NCBI RefSeq assembly: GCF_009914755.1
Contig: NC_060943.1
Reading direction: 5' to 3' (one strand)
DNA length: 64,000 nt
Source of the DNA: the human T2T-CHM13v2.0 reference genome, Homo sapiens
Part shown: positions 34,952 through 49,081 of the stretch, piece by piece
How the letters are laid out: each line of letters opens with the position of its first letter
Position numbering within the stretch: the stretch's first letter is position 1
Notes under the pieces: generated by a model
Database searches by the model: none
What the model was told of the DNA's origin: nothing
What the model saw: the letters and a program-made list of their open reading frames with translations, nothing else
Translations under genes and position numbers: made by a program

Positions 34952-36263
34952 TGGTGATGTGTTATTTGCAAGAATACTCTTATGGGATATCCAATGGATT
35001 CTCAACAAAAATTTTGCAGGCCAGAAGGAAACTGCATGATATATTTAAGGTTCAAAAAAAATCAAGTGAGTATAATACCATCACCAAATCTGTCCTTCCA
35101 AATAAAAAGAAAAAAACCTCAAAAATAACTAAATTCTAAAACAGTATATTGGCACTGCCTTACATATAAAAGGTGCTGAAAGCAGTCGCTTCCAATGAAA
35201 ATAACATGATTCAACAAAACAACACATAATCATATTAAAATACATTATTTTCTGGGAAAGATGTGTACATACACAAAAATAAATTTCTTAGCACAAAGAA
35301 TACATCTATATAGATACACAAAATAAGAAAGAAGAAAAAGCATATCAAAATCAAAATAAAAAAGACACAAAGAGACAGAAAGAGAGAAAATGTGGGACAC
35401 AGGTACAAGAATCAAATAGAAAAATAAACAAATATTAGTCTCTTTGTTTAAGAAAACTTTCCAATCAAGAGTTATACTTTCAATAAAGAAATTTATTTAC
35501 AATTATTAAAAACCAAGATCCAATTTGCCTTTCTACAAGGGTCAGCTGACATCTAATGATAAAAAAGATACTGAAGGTGGCAAGATGGATTTAGACATTG
35601 GATGCAAATATTAACCAAATGAGAGCAGAAGAGGTCAAAATAGTATTACAAAAGCTACATCTTAAGTCAAAAACTGTTATATTTTATATAAAGTACTTTA
35701 AGTCAAAACAGCAAAGAGGCAAAGGACATTAAACAATAATAGATATATTTACTGGGAACCTATTGCAAATTTGTGTGCGTGTGTGTGTCTGTATTTCACA
35801 CCAAGTTTTCAAATATATAAAGCAAATATTGACAGACAGGAAGAAACACCTAAACAGCAATATAATTATAGTAGGAAATTTCAATACCCTACTTTCTGTA
35901 ATAAAAATAAAACAAGACAGAATATTAGTAAGTGAAGAGAGGAATTGAAGGCAGTATAATACAATTATTTTTAACAGTGGAATAGACAAGAGCCCTCAAC
36001 AATATCAGGAAACACATTCTTATGAATAGCTTATACAACATTCTTTTTGATAGACCACCTGTTAGGCCAAAAAAAGGAGTCTTGAAAATTTGTTAAAATT
36101 GACATTTTGTGGATTACATTCTATAACCAAAATGGAATGTAAGTATAGAACAGAAAAAAAAATTAAAAATGTACAAATATATAGATATTTAACAACACAC
36201 TCTTCAGCATGCTCCTGTTCAAAAGTTGAAATATTTTGAAGATATCCATAATGCTCAATGTAA

Positions 36264-36612
<349 letters not shown>

Positions 36613-36802
36613 TGCAATAAAATGTTTTTAAAAATTTCTCATTCCATTTTTGAGGAAATAGAAATAGCAATCTCAAAAGTATATAGACTATCAAGAGAAA
36701 ATGAAGTACCCAACAGTCTTCAAAAGAAGAAACAATGTTAAAGGCATTACAATTTCTGATTTGAAAACACATTACAAAGCTACAGAGTTAAAACAATTTG
36801 GT

Positions 36803-37120
36803 GGCTGAGCACAGTGGCTCATGCCTGTAATCCCAGAACTTTGGGAGGTCAAGGCAGCAGGATCACAATGAGGTCAGGAGTTTTAAACCAGCCTGGCCAA
36901 CATGGTGAAACCCAGTCTCTACTAAATATGCAAAAATTAGCTGAGTGTGGTGGCAGGCACCTGTAATCCCAGCTACTCAGGAGGCTGAGGCAGAAGAATC
37001 ACTTGAACCCAGGAGGTGAGGTTGCAGTGAGCCATGATCATGCCATCATGCCATTGCAACCCAGCCTGGGTGACAAGAGTGAAACTCTGTCTCAAAAAAA
37101 AAAAAAAGAATAAAGAAAAA
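36803..37120 (+). mobile_element. Alu
   Basis: Alu consensus. Confidence 0.95.
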
Positions 37121-38870
37121 GCAAGAAAATAGACTTTAAAAAAATCTGTATGAGTATAGTCATTAAAAAGTGAACTAATAAAATAGGCAGCACTTATATA
37201 AACTTTCATATACATGATCATATGAAGAGTTATTTGCATACCCATAATTATTGCAGCATTGTTACTGAAAGCCAACAGGTAGAAGCAATTCAAATTTCTG
37301 TAACAAAATTATTCAGTAGATGTAATTTGAAATAGAAAAATACCATATTATCATCCAGAATTTTATAAGCAGGAAATACTCTAATACTCTTTATAGATAA
37401 ATTTTGACATTATGCAAAATGAAATGAGTCAGCCACAAAAAGATAGAAATTGTAAGAAATATATGAAGCAGTTACACTCTTAGAAAAAGAAAACAGAATG
37501 GTGTTTGGAAAATTCAGAAAACCAGAAAAATTGGTTGTTGTTTAATGTGTATTGAGATTTCGTTTTGAAAGATAAAAACATTTTAGAGATATGTTGCATA
37601 ACATTGTCAATATAATATGACTAAACAGAATATTAAAAAATATTTGATAATAAATTTTGTTATGTTTTTGACAAGTAAAACTAATACCTAAAAATATAGA
37701 GTTATGAGAGTTTTAATATTATCTTCAAATCCCAAAGTGTTCCTTACACACAAAAATAATATAGATTCACAATAGACATTGAAATTAGGAGAATTTTTAC
37801 GACTGCTCACCTAGACAAGATTGAACAACCATTTACAACAAACCTACATAACAAATATACAAGTTATTTTAAAAACAGCAATAATATTTATAGAGGGAAA
37901 CAAACATAGAGGTAATGATATTGGAAGCAGACATATGGCTGATTCATAGTTGATTTTGCTCAACACTGTCTTAAATTGTACAGAGTTAAACATTGTCATA
38001 CAGAATTATAATATAAATCAAAACAACAAAACACAATTAACTGGTTTGAGGTGGCATACCCTGAAATACATAACAAAAAATATAATATTGCCAAAGAAAA
38101 TTAAAATTTAGAATGTAAAAATTATTGGACACCATCAAGTAGATCAATATATTCATGAAAGGAATCTTAAAGCCATATATAAAATAAAGCACTCTATTAA
38201 ATATAAATATAAAGACACACATAGAATGTTTTACTGTCATAATGATGGTACATAAAACCTTTGAAGTTCTTCTATAGATATAAAAAAAACATAAATCTGC
38301 ACAAATCTGTTAATAGATACAAAATAAGATAACATAATTTGTAATACCTATAACAAACTGGAAAATATAGCAGTATAGCTTTTGTATTTAATTAATGTTA
38401 TTATGAGATTAAAAGATACTGTTTTAACTTTAAGGTGTTTTATATAATCTCCAGTTTTCAAGATGGTTACAATATACTTCAAGATGATTACATTATATTA
38501 TAGGAAGTATGCAAAACAAAATTTTAAAAATCACAGCATGTCACAACAAAGTTAAACAAAAATTATGATAGTAAAACAGGTAATGAGAAAAAACATGTCT
38601 GCAAGAAACACATAAAACAGTAACAGTGAGGTGGTTCCTGTAGATCAGTAGACTTAGTCTTTCCCTCTGCTGGCTCTGAGGAATCTGGGCAGTACAGATG
38701 TATGGAATCTCCCCCTGTGCAGCACACCCCCTACACCGAGGAGCAACCAGAGTGCTTTGTTAAGTGGTTCCTGGATCTTGTGCATCCTGACTTGGTGAGA
38801 ACCCCCCCCTCAAAAGGTGGTGTCAGGCAACTTATAAAGGAGTGTTCCCATTGTCATCAGGTTGGTGCCC

Positions 38871-39345
38871 TTCTGGGAACAGGCCTTAAAGAAACTGGCC
38901 ATAAACGGGATTTCTGCAGCAATGTGACATGCTCATGATGGCTATAATGCACACTGCTAGAAGTTGTTGGTTTACTGGAGCAGGCAAGGAACATCTGGCC
39001 TGCCCGGAGCAGAAAACTGCTCAAACCACACACAATAGCAGGAGCAGCCTGTGCCTTAACAACATGTTTTTGCTACAGATAATCAGCCAGAGCCTGTTTC
39101 TCTACTCTTTGCTAAGAATGCTTTGTTTCCCATAAGGAATGCTTTTAGCTAATCTATAGCCTATAGAAACAATGCTTATTACTGGCTTGCTGTCAGTAAA
39201 TATGTAGGTCAAACTCAGTTTGTGGCTCTCAGCTCTAAAGGATGTTGCCCCTCTGACTCCCACTCTGCACTCTATTTCTGTGTCTTTGTCTTAATTCCTC
39301 TAGCACCACTGGTTTAGGGTATCCATGACTGAGCTGGTCTCAGTA
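38871..39345 (+). mobile_element. MER9-type (HML-3) solo LTR
   Basis: actggccataaac...gagctggtctcagta; 6-bp TSD gtgccc / gtgtcc. Confidence 0.85.
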
Positions 39346-40372
39346 GTGTCCCTCTGGGATTAAGATCTCAGAGAAAGGAGGAGACAGTCATCTCTGCTGT
39401 TCTGCAGCCTCCACTGGTGACACCTCCAGGTGTGAGAGAAACCCAGACAAATAGAGTCTGAAGCGGATTCCAAGCAAATGACAGCAGCCCCACAGAAGAA
39501 GAGCCTGACTGTTAAAAGTAAAACAAAAAGACAGAAAGCAACAACAACAACAGCACCAACAAAAAAGTCCCCAAAAACCCTATCCAAAGGTCAGCAGCCT
39601 CAAAGATCAAAGCTAGATAAACTCATGAAGATGAGAAGAATCAACAAACAAATGCTGAAAACTCAAAAAGCCAGAGCCCCTCTTCTCCAAATGATCACAA
39701 CATATCTCCAACAAGGGCACTGAACTGGGTGAAGGCTGAAATGGATAAATTGGCAGAAGTAGTCTTCAGAAAATGGGTAATAATAAACTTTGCTGAGCTA
39801 ACAAAGCATGTTCTAAGCCAATGCAAAGAAGCTAAGAATCATAAAAAACTACCTTAGAGAGAAACAGAAATGACCTGAGGGAACTGAAAAACACAACATG
39901 AGAACTTCATAATGCAACCAATAGTATCAATAACTGAGTAGACCAAGCAGAGGAAAGAATTTCAGAGCTTGAAGACTAGCTTGCTGAAATAAGACAGGCA
40001 GACAAGATTAAAAAAGAATAAAAAGGAATGAACAAAATCTCTGATAATTATAGGATTATGTAAAATGATCAAAACTATGACTGTTTGGGGTACCTTAAAG
40101 AGATCAAGAGAATGGAACCAAGTTGGAAAACATACTTCAGTGTATCATCCAGAAGAACTTTTCCAACCTAACACGACAGGCCAACATTCAAATTCAGAAA
40201 ATCCAAAGAACCTCAGTAAGATGTTTCATGAGAAAATCAACCCCAACACACGTAATCATCAGGTTCTTCAAGGTTGAAATGCAGGAAAAAATGATATGAA
40301 CAGCCAGAAAGAAAGGCCAGGTCACCTACAAAGGGAAGCTCATCAGACTAACAGTGGAATTCTAAGCAGAAA

Positions 40373-41343
40373 TGTTGCGGGAAGTCAGGGACCCCGAACA
40401 GAGGGACTGGCTGAAGCCATGGCAGAAAAACATAAATTGTGAAGATTTCATGGACATTTATCACTTCCCCAATCAATACTCTTGTGATTTCCTATGCCTG
40501 TCTTTACTTTAATCTCTTAATCTCATCATCTTCATAAGCTGAGGATGTATGTGGCCTCAGGACCCTGTGATGATTGTGTTAACTGCACAAATTGTTCATA
40601 AAGCATGTGTGTTTAAACAATATGAAATCTGGGCACCTTGAAAAAAGAACAAGATAACAGCAATGTTCAGGGAACAAGGGAGATAACCCTCAGGTCTGAC
40701 TGCCTGAGAGCCAGGTGGAACAAACCATATTTCTCTTCTTATGAAAGTGAATAGGAGAAATATCACTGAATTCTTTTTCTCAGCAAGGAACAGCCGTGAG
40801 AAAGAGAATGCACTCTTAGGGGGAGGTCTCTGAAATGGCCGCTCTGGGAATGTCTGTCTTACACAGTTGTAGATAAGGGATGAAATAAGCCCCGGTCTCC
40901 CATAGCACTCCCAGGCCTATTAGGATGAGGAAATTCCCACCTAGTAAATTTTAGTCAGACAGTTTGTCTGCCCTCAAACCCTGTCTCCTGATAAGATGTT
41001 ATCAATGACAATGTGTGCCTGAAACTTCATTAGCAATTTTAATTTTGCCCCATTGCTCTGCCCCTATTTGCCTTGTGACATTTTATTGCCTTGTGAAGCA
41101 TGTGATCCCTGTGACCCACACCCTATTCATACACTCCCTCCCCTTTGAAAATCACTAATAAAAACTTGCTGGTTTTGCAGCTTAGGGGGCATCATGGAAC
41201 TTGCCGACATGTGATGTCTCCCACAGACACCCAGCTTCAAAATTTCTGTCTTTTGTACACTTTCCCTTTATTTCTCAGACTGGCTGACACTTAGGGAAAT
41301 AGAAAAGAACTTATGTGAAATATTAGGGGTGGTTCCCCTGATA
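40373..41343 (+). mobile_element. MER11 (HML-8) solo LTR
   Basis: TGTTGCGGGAAGTCAGGGACCCCGAAC...CCCCTGATA; perfect 6-bp TSD CAGAAA. Confidence 0.93.
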
Positions 41344-42202
41344 CAGAAACCTTACAAGCTATAAAGATTGGAGGCCAATATTCAACATTCTTAAAGAAAA
41401 TAATTTCCAACCAAGTATTTCATATTCTGCAAAATTACACGTTATAAGTTAAGGAGAAATAAAATCCTTGTCAGACAAACAAATGCTGAAGAAATTTGTC
41501 ACCACCAGACCTGCCTTGAAAGAACTCCTGAAAGAAGGACTAAATATAGAAAAGAAAAAGAATTACCAGCCACTGCAAAAATACACTGAAGTACAAAGAC
41601 TAATGACACTGTGAAACATCAACAAGTCTGCAAAATAACCAGCTAGAATGATGAAAAGGATCAAATTCACACAAAACTATATTAACCTTAAATGTAAATG
41701 AGTTAAATGCACCAAGAAAAGAGACAGAATGGCAAGCTAAATAAAAAGTCAGGACTCATTGGTGTGCTGTATTCAAGAGACCCATGTGTCACATGCAAAG
41801 ACACAAATAGGCTCAAAATAAAAAAAGGAGGAAAATTCACTAAGCAAATAAAAGCAGAAAAAAAAGCAGAGGTTGCAATCATAGTTTCTGACAAAACAGA
41901 CTTTAAACCAACAAAGACCAAAAAAGATAAAGAAGAGCATTACATAATGCTAAAATAATCAATTCAAGGAGCACCCAGATTAAACAAGCACATTCTTAGA
42001 GACCTACAAAAAGACTTAGATTGCCACACAACAATAGTGGGAGACTTTAACACCTCACTGCCAATATTAGACAGATAATTGAGAAAGAAAAGTAACATGG
42101 ATATTCAGAACTTGAACTCAGCTCTGGGTCAAGTGAACCTGATAGATATCTACAGAACTCTCCAGTCAAAAACAACACAATACACATTCTTATAAGTGCC
42201 AT

Positions 42203-42473
42203 CTTTTAGATGGAGTCTTGCCTTGTTGCCCAGGTGAAAATGGCTGGAATGCAATGGTGTGATCTGAGCTCACTGCAACCTCCACCTCCAGGGTTCAAAT
42301 GATTCTCCTGCCTCAGTCTCCTCAGCATCTGGGATTACAGGTGCATGTGACCACACCCAGCTAATTTCTTATATCTTTAGTAGAGATGGGGTTTCACCAT
42401 GTTGGCCAGACTGGTCTTGAACTCCTGATCTTGTGATCCACCCATCTTGGCCTCTCAAAGTGCTGGGATTACA
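42203..42473 (-). mobile_element. Alu, nearly tailless and 5'-clipped
   Basis: Reverse Alu consensus abutting the L1 break. Confidence 0.9.
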
Positions 42474-42706
42474 GTAAGTGTGAGGTGAAGAAGTCAGGTT
42501 CTTTGAATAAACCAGCTCTCATTTGAATTAATGGAGTGAAAACTTTCTGATTATCAAAAAGATAGTGTCAAGGCATTTATGAGGTATTTTTCCCCTTAAC
42601 AGACATGTACAAAACTTTCTACTTAAAAGTCAAAGAATACAAAATATTCTTATTTGCACATGACGTATTCAGTTAGGAAATATAACAAGTCTTATTAAAT
42701 AATAAC

Positions 42707-43005
42707 AGCTGGGGGTAGTGGCTAACATCTATAATTCCAACAATTTGGAAGATGAAAGTGAGGGAGTCAGTTGGGACCAGAAGTTTGAGACCAGCCTGGA
42801 TAACATAGTGAGACCCTGTCCCTACAAATAATAAAAAAATTAGCCAGGCATGGTTGTGAATGTCTGTAGTCTCAGCTACTTGGGACGTTTAGGTAAAAAC
42901 GTCATTTGAGTCAAGGAGGCTGAGGTTGCAGTGAGCCAAAATTATGCCACTATACTCCAGCCTGAGTGACAAGTTTGATCCTTTCTCAAAATGACAACAA
43001 CAAAT
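42707..43005 (+). mobile_element. Old Alu (AluJ-like)
   Basis: Diverged dimeric Alu. Confidence 0.85.
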
Positions 43006-43120
43006 AAATTTAAAACCAAAATCATACATGTGTGTTTTCTTAACAAAACTGAATGAAACTAGAAATTAAAAGCAAAAGTAATAATGGCAAATCCAAGAAT
43101 ATATAAAATTGAAACACACA

Positions 43121-43280
43121 GGCTGAGTACAGTGGCTCCCAACCTCTAATACTGGCATTTTGGGAGGCTGAGGCAGGAGGATTTCTTGAGCCCAGGAGTT
43201 TGAAATTAGCCTGGGCCACATAGGAAATCCTTATCAAAACAAAAAAAAAAAAAGAAAGAAAGAAAGAAAAAGAAAGAAAA
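43121..43280 (+). mobile_element. Alu left monomer (FLAM-like)
   Basis: Monomer followed by an A/GAAA tail. Confidence 0.8.
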
Positions 43281-43410
43281 CTAAAAAAACACACTCTTCA
43301 TCTCTTCATCATATTCTTGCTCAGGGGTCAAAAAATTTAATTGTGTTAAAATGTCAATACAACCTACAGTGGTGAACATATTAAGTATATTCTCTATAAA
43401 AATCACAATA

Positions 43411-43708
43411 GCACTGGGCATGGTGGCTCACGTCTGTAATCTCAGCATTTTGGGAGGCCGAGGTGGGTGGATCATGAGGTCAGGAGTTCGAGACCAGCCT
43501 AACCAACATGGTGAAACCCCGTCTCTACTAAAAATACAAAAATTAGCCAGGCGGGGTGGCAGGCACCTGTAATCCCAGCTACTTGGGAGACTGAGGCAAG
43601 AGAATCACTTGAAATGGGAAGGCAGAGGTTGCAGGTTGCAGTAAGATGAGATCATGCCACTGCACTCCAGCCTGGGCAAAAGAGCAAAACTCCATCTTAA
43701 AAAAAAAA
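43411..43708 (+). mobile_element. Alu
   Basis: Alu consensus; TSD aaaaatcacaat. Confidence 0.95.
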
Positions 43709-44020
43709 TCACAATGGCACAGTTTTATTACAGAAATATTGCTTAATATTTTAAAATTTGATTATAAACTATAACTAGCAAAACACCCATGAAAAAGAAC
43801 AAAGAGACATTATACTTTCTGATTTTAACACATTAAAAGTTGCAATAAAAAAGTATGATACATACACAAAGGAAGATAAAAAGATGAAAGAACAGAATAG
43901 AGAGCCCAGAAATGAAGCCTTCTGTATATGATTACATGATCTCTTGCAAAGTTGCCATAAGCACACAATAGAGAAAAGATGATCAGTCTTCTCAAAAAAT
44001 AATGTTAAAAACTTACTATC

Positions 44021-44420
44021 GCTTTCCATGCTGACAGCACTCACACAAACATGGCGAATGTCCCTAAAACCCACTGGACTTTCTGTAAGAAGTGTGGCAA
44101 GCACCAACCCCACAAAGTGACACAGTACAAGAAGGGCAAGGATTCTCTGTATGCCCAGGGAAAGCAGCATTATGACAGGAAGCAGAATGGCTATGATGGG
44201 CAAACTAAGCCGATTTTCCAGAAAAAGGCTAAAACTACAAAGAAGATTGTGCTAAGTCTTGAGTGCATTGAGCCCAAATGCAGATCTTAGAGAATGCTGG
44301 CTATTAAAAGATGCAAGCATTTTGAACTGGGAGTAGATAAGAGAAAGGGCCAAGTGATCCAGTTCTAAAGTGTCATCCTTTATTATGAAGACAATAAAAT
44401 CTTGAATTTATGTTAAAAAA
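44021..44420 (+). pseudogene. RPL36A: RPL36A (ribosomal protein eL42) processed pseudogene
   Basis: Intronless; 5'TOP-like start; ATG at 44051, [38 protein letters not shown]; premature TAG at 44288; ends KGQVIQF*; AATAAA, short poly(A), degenerate TSD aaaaacttactatc / aaaaactgaatatc. Confidence 0.95.
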
Positions 44421-44505
44421 AAACTGAATATCAACACTGATAAAATAAAGTTACATCATTTCCTTGAACCATATACAAAAAATTTACAAAAAAAATTCTT
44501 AAATG

Positions 44506-47500
44506 TGTTGCAGGCCAAAAAAGTGAGGGTCATGATCCATGATCAACTCAGTGTACCACTGGAGGCTATATGAGTAAACAGCAAGCTGTTCTCATGAATG
44601 CAGAATGTTGGCAAACCGACAAACTGCATGTGCCACCCAGAGGTTATGCTGAGGGCAGTCACACCCCAGGCACAAATGTTTCATGTGATTAGGCATACCT
44701 GAAGTCTAATAGCAATAACGAGAACCTGTGATCAATCAAGAGCTGACCAATCATTACCTCCTCCTCCCTGCTCTTTCTACCCTGTGAATTTGGGGATCTG
44801 TGGAAGCTCAGGGCAGCTGCCCTTGCTCACTAGAAGCTGGGAGCCCTCTTCTTCTTCCCCAGACCCTTTCCTTAAAGCATATTGCTTTTTCCTTGGTTTT
44901 CATTTCTTCATTCATCCTCCTTCGTTCAGTCCTGCAGTAACCGTGGCAAACCGTGGCAAGTGGTGCCCAACGTGGGACTTGATGAAGGGAACTGCAGGGT
45001 CATACAGGGACTTGCAGGGAACTGAAGGAACTTACAGGACCTATAGGGACCCATAGGAACAGTCGAGGGACAGATAGGAAAAGATAAAGACTAGCAGAGA
45101 CTTGCTGGGACAGAACAGGGACAGAATAGGGACAGAGACAGATAGGGTCCTATAGGAGCTTGAACAAGGAAGGTCTGCAGGAGCAGAAAAAGAAGAAAAA
45201 AAAGAAAAGAAAAAAAATTAAAAATGAAACTGACCAGGTGAAGGAGAAACCCCTTACGAGTATGCCGGCAGCGATATACCCTAAAGAGGTATTGGTCAGT
45301 GCCCTAAAAGGTACATAGAATGGAAAGTTTTTGAATCAGGGTAACATGGGGGAAGAATTTGGCTATTTCTTTTCTCTTTTCTGTTTGGAGTTTGGTTTGT
45401 ACTGTTCTTTTGTCATTGTTCCAAAATTTAAAAGAATTTTTTGCCCTACCCACAGCACCTATCGAGGGTGGTGAACAGAAGAGGGAGGATGAAAATTGGC
45501 TTGTATTGTTTCTTTTGTGGTTGCAGAAATGTTAACTTTAACTTTGGCTTTTGAAAGTGCAAACGTTTATTGTGGATGTGCACTGGCACCTGTGAGATGT
45601 GCAGAGAGCTTGGGAAATTTTCTCAGAGCCTGTCAAGATGTGAGAACTGAGCTTCATCGCTCTACAATGTTGGTTCAAGCAATGGCTAATTTAGTAGTTG
45701 ATAAATCTAAAAAGAGCCAAGGGTCAAACTCTAAACGGGGGAAATACTATAAGTGTAGAAAGATTGGACATTTCAAAAAAGAATGCCATCAGATCTCTGG
45801 GCAGAAGGGATTTGATAATGCAGTTTCCCTCTAACAGAAAAAAATGCCAGGCCTTTGCCCTTGTTGCAATTAAGGAAATCATTGGGCTAATCAATGCCAC
45901 TCAAAATTTCATCAAAACAACACCCCCCTGTCGGGGAATGAGAAAGGGACCTGGACCTGGGCACCTCAAACAATGAGGGCATTCCCCGTCCAGGCCACAA
46001 CTCCATTTCAGGGGTGGGTTTCCGGAGGAGCATTGATTCCCTCTCCCCAGGAACACCTGGAAGCGCAGGATTACATCTCCCAGCCAGAGAATGGGTTACA
46101 TTAATTGAAGGAGAAAAACCCAATAAGATGCCCACTGGTATTTGGGTACCTTTGCCAATAGGATATATGGGATTAATTTTAGGTAGAAGTCATCTTAACT
46201 TACATAGCATTGTTGTAGTCCCTGGAGTTGTTGATTCTGATTGTGAAGGATAAATTCAAGTAGTGGTATTGTCACAAGATCTTTGGGATTTTTAACTAGA
46301 ATATAATGCTCAACTGTTGCTTATTCCCTGTAAATTGATCTTTGGGTTTTTGAACTAGGAGATCAACTGTTGCTTGTTCCATGTAAATCGCACCCATCTT
46401 CACAAAAGGAGAAAGGAGGGAATTAAGGATTTGGAAGTACAACTACATGGGAAATTTATCTATCACAACCCATAGCATGTAATAGACCCACCTGTACAGT
46501 GCAAATTAAAGGAAAGAGTTTTTATGGGCTTATGGATATGGGAGCTGATGTGTCAGTAATATCTAAAAATAATTGGGCCCTATCTTGGCCCTTAAAACTA
46601 ACTTCTACATCCCTAGTGAGAATAGGAGCAGCTCAAAGTGTTCAACAGAGTTCTATCCTGTCTCGGACCAGATGGACAGTTATATACTTTTCAACCTTAT
46701 GTTACGAATATAGCTGTTAATCTATGGGGTCGAGATTTACTTACAGCATGGGATATGAGACTTACAAATGAAACTATTGATAATCCAGGATTTAAATGTT
46801 AAAGAAAATGGGATATCAGAATGGAAAAGCCTTAGGAAAATCCCTACAGGGAAACCCTGATCTAATATCAATAACTGGACACACAGATAGAAAAGGGTTA
46901 GGACATCAGGACTTCTGAAGGGGAGGTCATTGATATTTCTCCTCCACTAGAGTGGCTGACTGACAAACCTGTATGGGTGGATCAGTGGCCCCTATCACAG
47001 GGGAAACTGATTCAACTCCATCAATTAGTAAAAGGGCAACTGGAAGCAGGACATATAGAAGAGTCGGTTGGCCCATGGAATTCACCAGTATTTGTGATTC
47101 CTAGGAAGTCAAGAAAATGGTGATTGCTGCATGATTTGAGAGCTATTGATGCACAGATTAAACCAATGGGTGCATTACAGCAAGGTCTGCCATCCACAGC
47201 AGCCATTCCAAGAGACTGGCCTTAAGTGGTAATAGATCTTGAGGATCTATTGTTTTTGCTGTACTGTTGCACGAGAAGGATGGGCCTCAATTTGTTTTCT
47301 CTGTGCCTTCTGTTAATCAGAAAGAGCCTGTCTCTCATTATCAATGGAAAGTTTACCCCATGGCAATTAGCCAAAGAGGCAGAAGCTGAGTTAGAACCAC
47401 AAAAGCCTTTGCTTTTGTTTTGGTAGATTTATTAATGTGGGGACGAGAGTATTCGTGCGTCTGTAAAAAGTAAAGTAGAGGTTCCTCTTCAGAGACTTTC

Positions 47501-48776
47501 CTCCCCATTTAGGAATAAATAATAATTTCTCTTAGAAGCAAAATTTATTCAAAGACCTGTGCTAACATTCTTAAATATCTGCTAGCCGTGATAAAGTAAT
47601 CAATGTACTTTATGTTCTTAGCTCTCACAATGTAGCCTAAATATTTGCCCTGACATGCTTACACTAGTCCAAGCAAGCATTAGGTCATAGCCTGTTCCTC
47701 TTCCTTATTTGAAGGTGTTTTTACCTTTCTCAGCATTCCACAAGTTACTTCCTCCTTCCTTTGTTCTCCTCTGCCTTTGACTCTTTTAAAAAATTCTAAG
47801 TTGCTAAACAATTGGGACACATACAGAATGTGAGGTCCCATTCCGGCCAATGGAAACCAAACACAGCAGTAGGGTGGATGCATCAGGTTATAAATGACCC
47901 TGTCTCCTTTGTTTGGTATACTCTCATGGCAAAACTGCCGGTGAGTGTCCCCTTTCTGCAGGAAGTAAAAATGGCCTTGCTGAATAAATTAAATTTATGT
48001 TCAAATGCTATTTCTTTATGGCACCAGGGAACAAGCATTTCAAACATATCTTTACAGGAAATGAACAAACCGTGTGGGTGCCCTCAGGAACAAGGTTCCA
48101 ACTGGAGTCATGCTGACATTAACCCTCATAACATAGGAACAGTTCAAGAAAACCACACAAGAAGCTGATAAACTGCTGGAGTGCCAGGGTCAGGCAAAAA
48201 CTCCTGACTCCATATTTGTGGCCAAGCTGGCTGTAATTTTCTGTACATCTGTAAGATCAGCTGGACCACCAGCTGGCAGTTGAGGGCTGTACAGTCTGAA
48301 TTGCCTTTTTTCAACTAAAAACAGGACGAGATGTTACAGGCCAAAAAAGTGAGGGAGGGTTGTGATCAACTCAGAGTACCACTGGACGCTATATGAGTAA
48401 ACAGCAAGCTGTTCTCATGAATGCAGAATGTTGGCAAACTGACAAACTACATTTGCCACCCAGAGGTTATGCTGAGGGCGGTCACATCCCAGGCACAAGT
48501 GTTTCATGTGATTAGGCATACCTGAAGTCTAATAGCAACAATATGAACCTGTGATCAATCAAGCAGCTGACCAATCATTACCTCCTCCTCCCTGCTCTTT
48601 CTACCCAGTGAATTTGGGAGGCTGTGGAAACTCAGGGTGGCTGCCCTTGCTCACTAGAAGCTGGGAGCCTTCTTCTTCTCCAGACCCTTTCCTTAAAAGA
48701 TATTGTTTTTTCTTTGGTTCTCATTTCTTTGTTCGTCCTTCGTTCAGTCCCGCAATAACCGTGGCAATCCGTGACA
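44506..48776 (+). mobile_element. HERV-K(HML-6)/LTR3 provirus, internally deleted
   Basis: LTRs at 44506-44958 and 48332-48776; Lys PBS tggtgcccaacgtgggac at 44961; two NC knuckles; dUTPase (TPGSAGL, ILGRS); protease (LMDMGADVSVI); G-patch; RT N-terminus ([17 protein letters not shown]); most of gag, pol and env missing. Confidence 0.88.
47462..48046 (+). mobile_element. LTR10-like (ERV1) solo LTR nested in the HML-6 provirus
   Basis: 585-bp TG...CA element (TGTAAAAAGTAAAGTAGAGGTTCC...GCATTTCAAACA) with TATA and AATAAA; imperfect TSD cgtc / tatc; subfamily named from memory. Confidence 0.75.
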
Positions 48777-48782
48777 GACACG

Positions 48783-49081
<299 letters not shown>

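Larger units (their letters stand above)
38628..42201 (+). mobile_element. L1PA-type 5' part (part of 5'UTR, ORF1, ORF2 endonuclease), 3'-truncated, interrupted by MER9 and MER11 LTRs
   Basis: ORF1 motifs (ggtcacctacaaagggaag); ORF2 EN motifs (KAEVAIIVSDKTDFKPTK, gtgggagactttaacacc). Confidence 0.88.

Noticed and set aside
43775-44203. 142-aa hydrophobic minus-strand ORF
   Set aside because: Antisense reading of the RPL36A retrocopy plus L1
44980-45170. Short GGGAC-type repeats after the HML-6 PBS
   Set aside because: Appears to be ordinary repetitive proviral leader sequence
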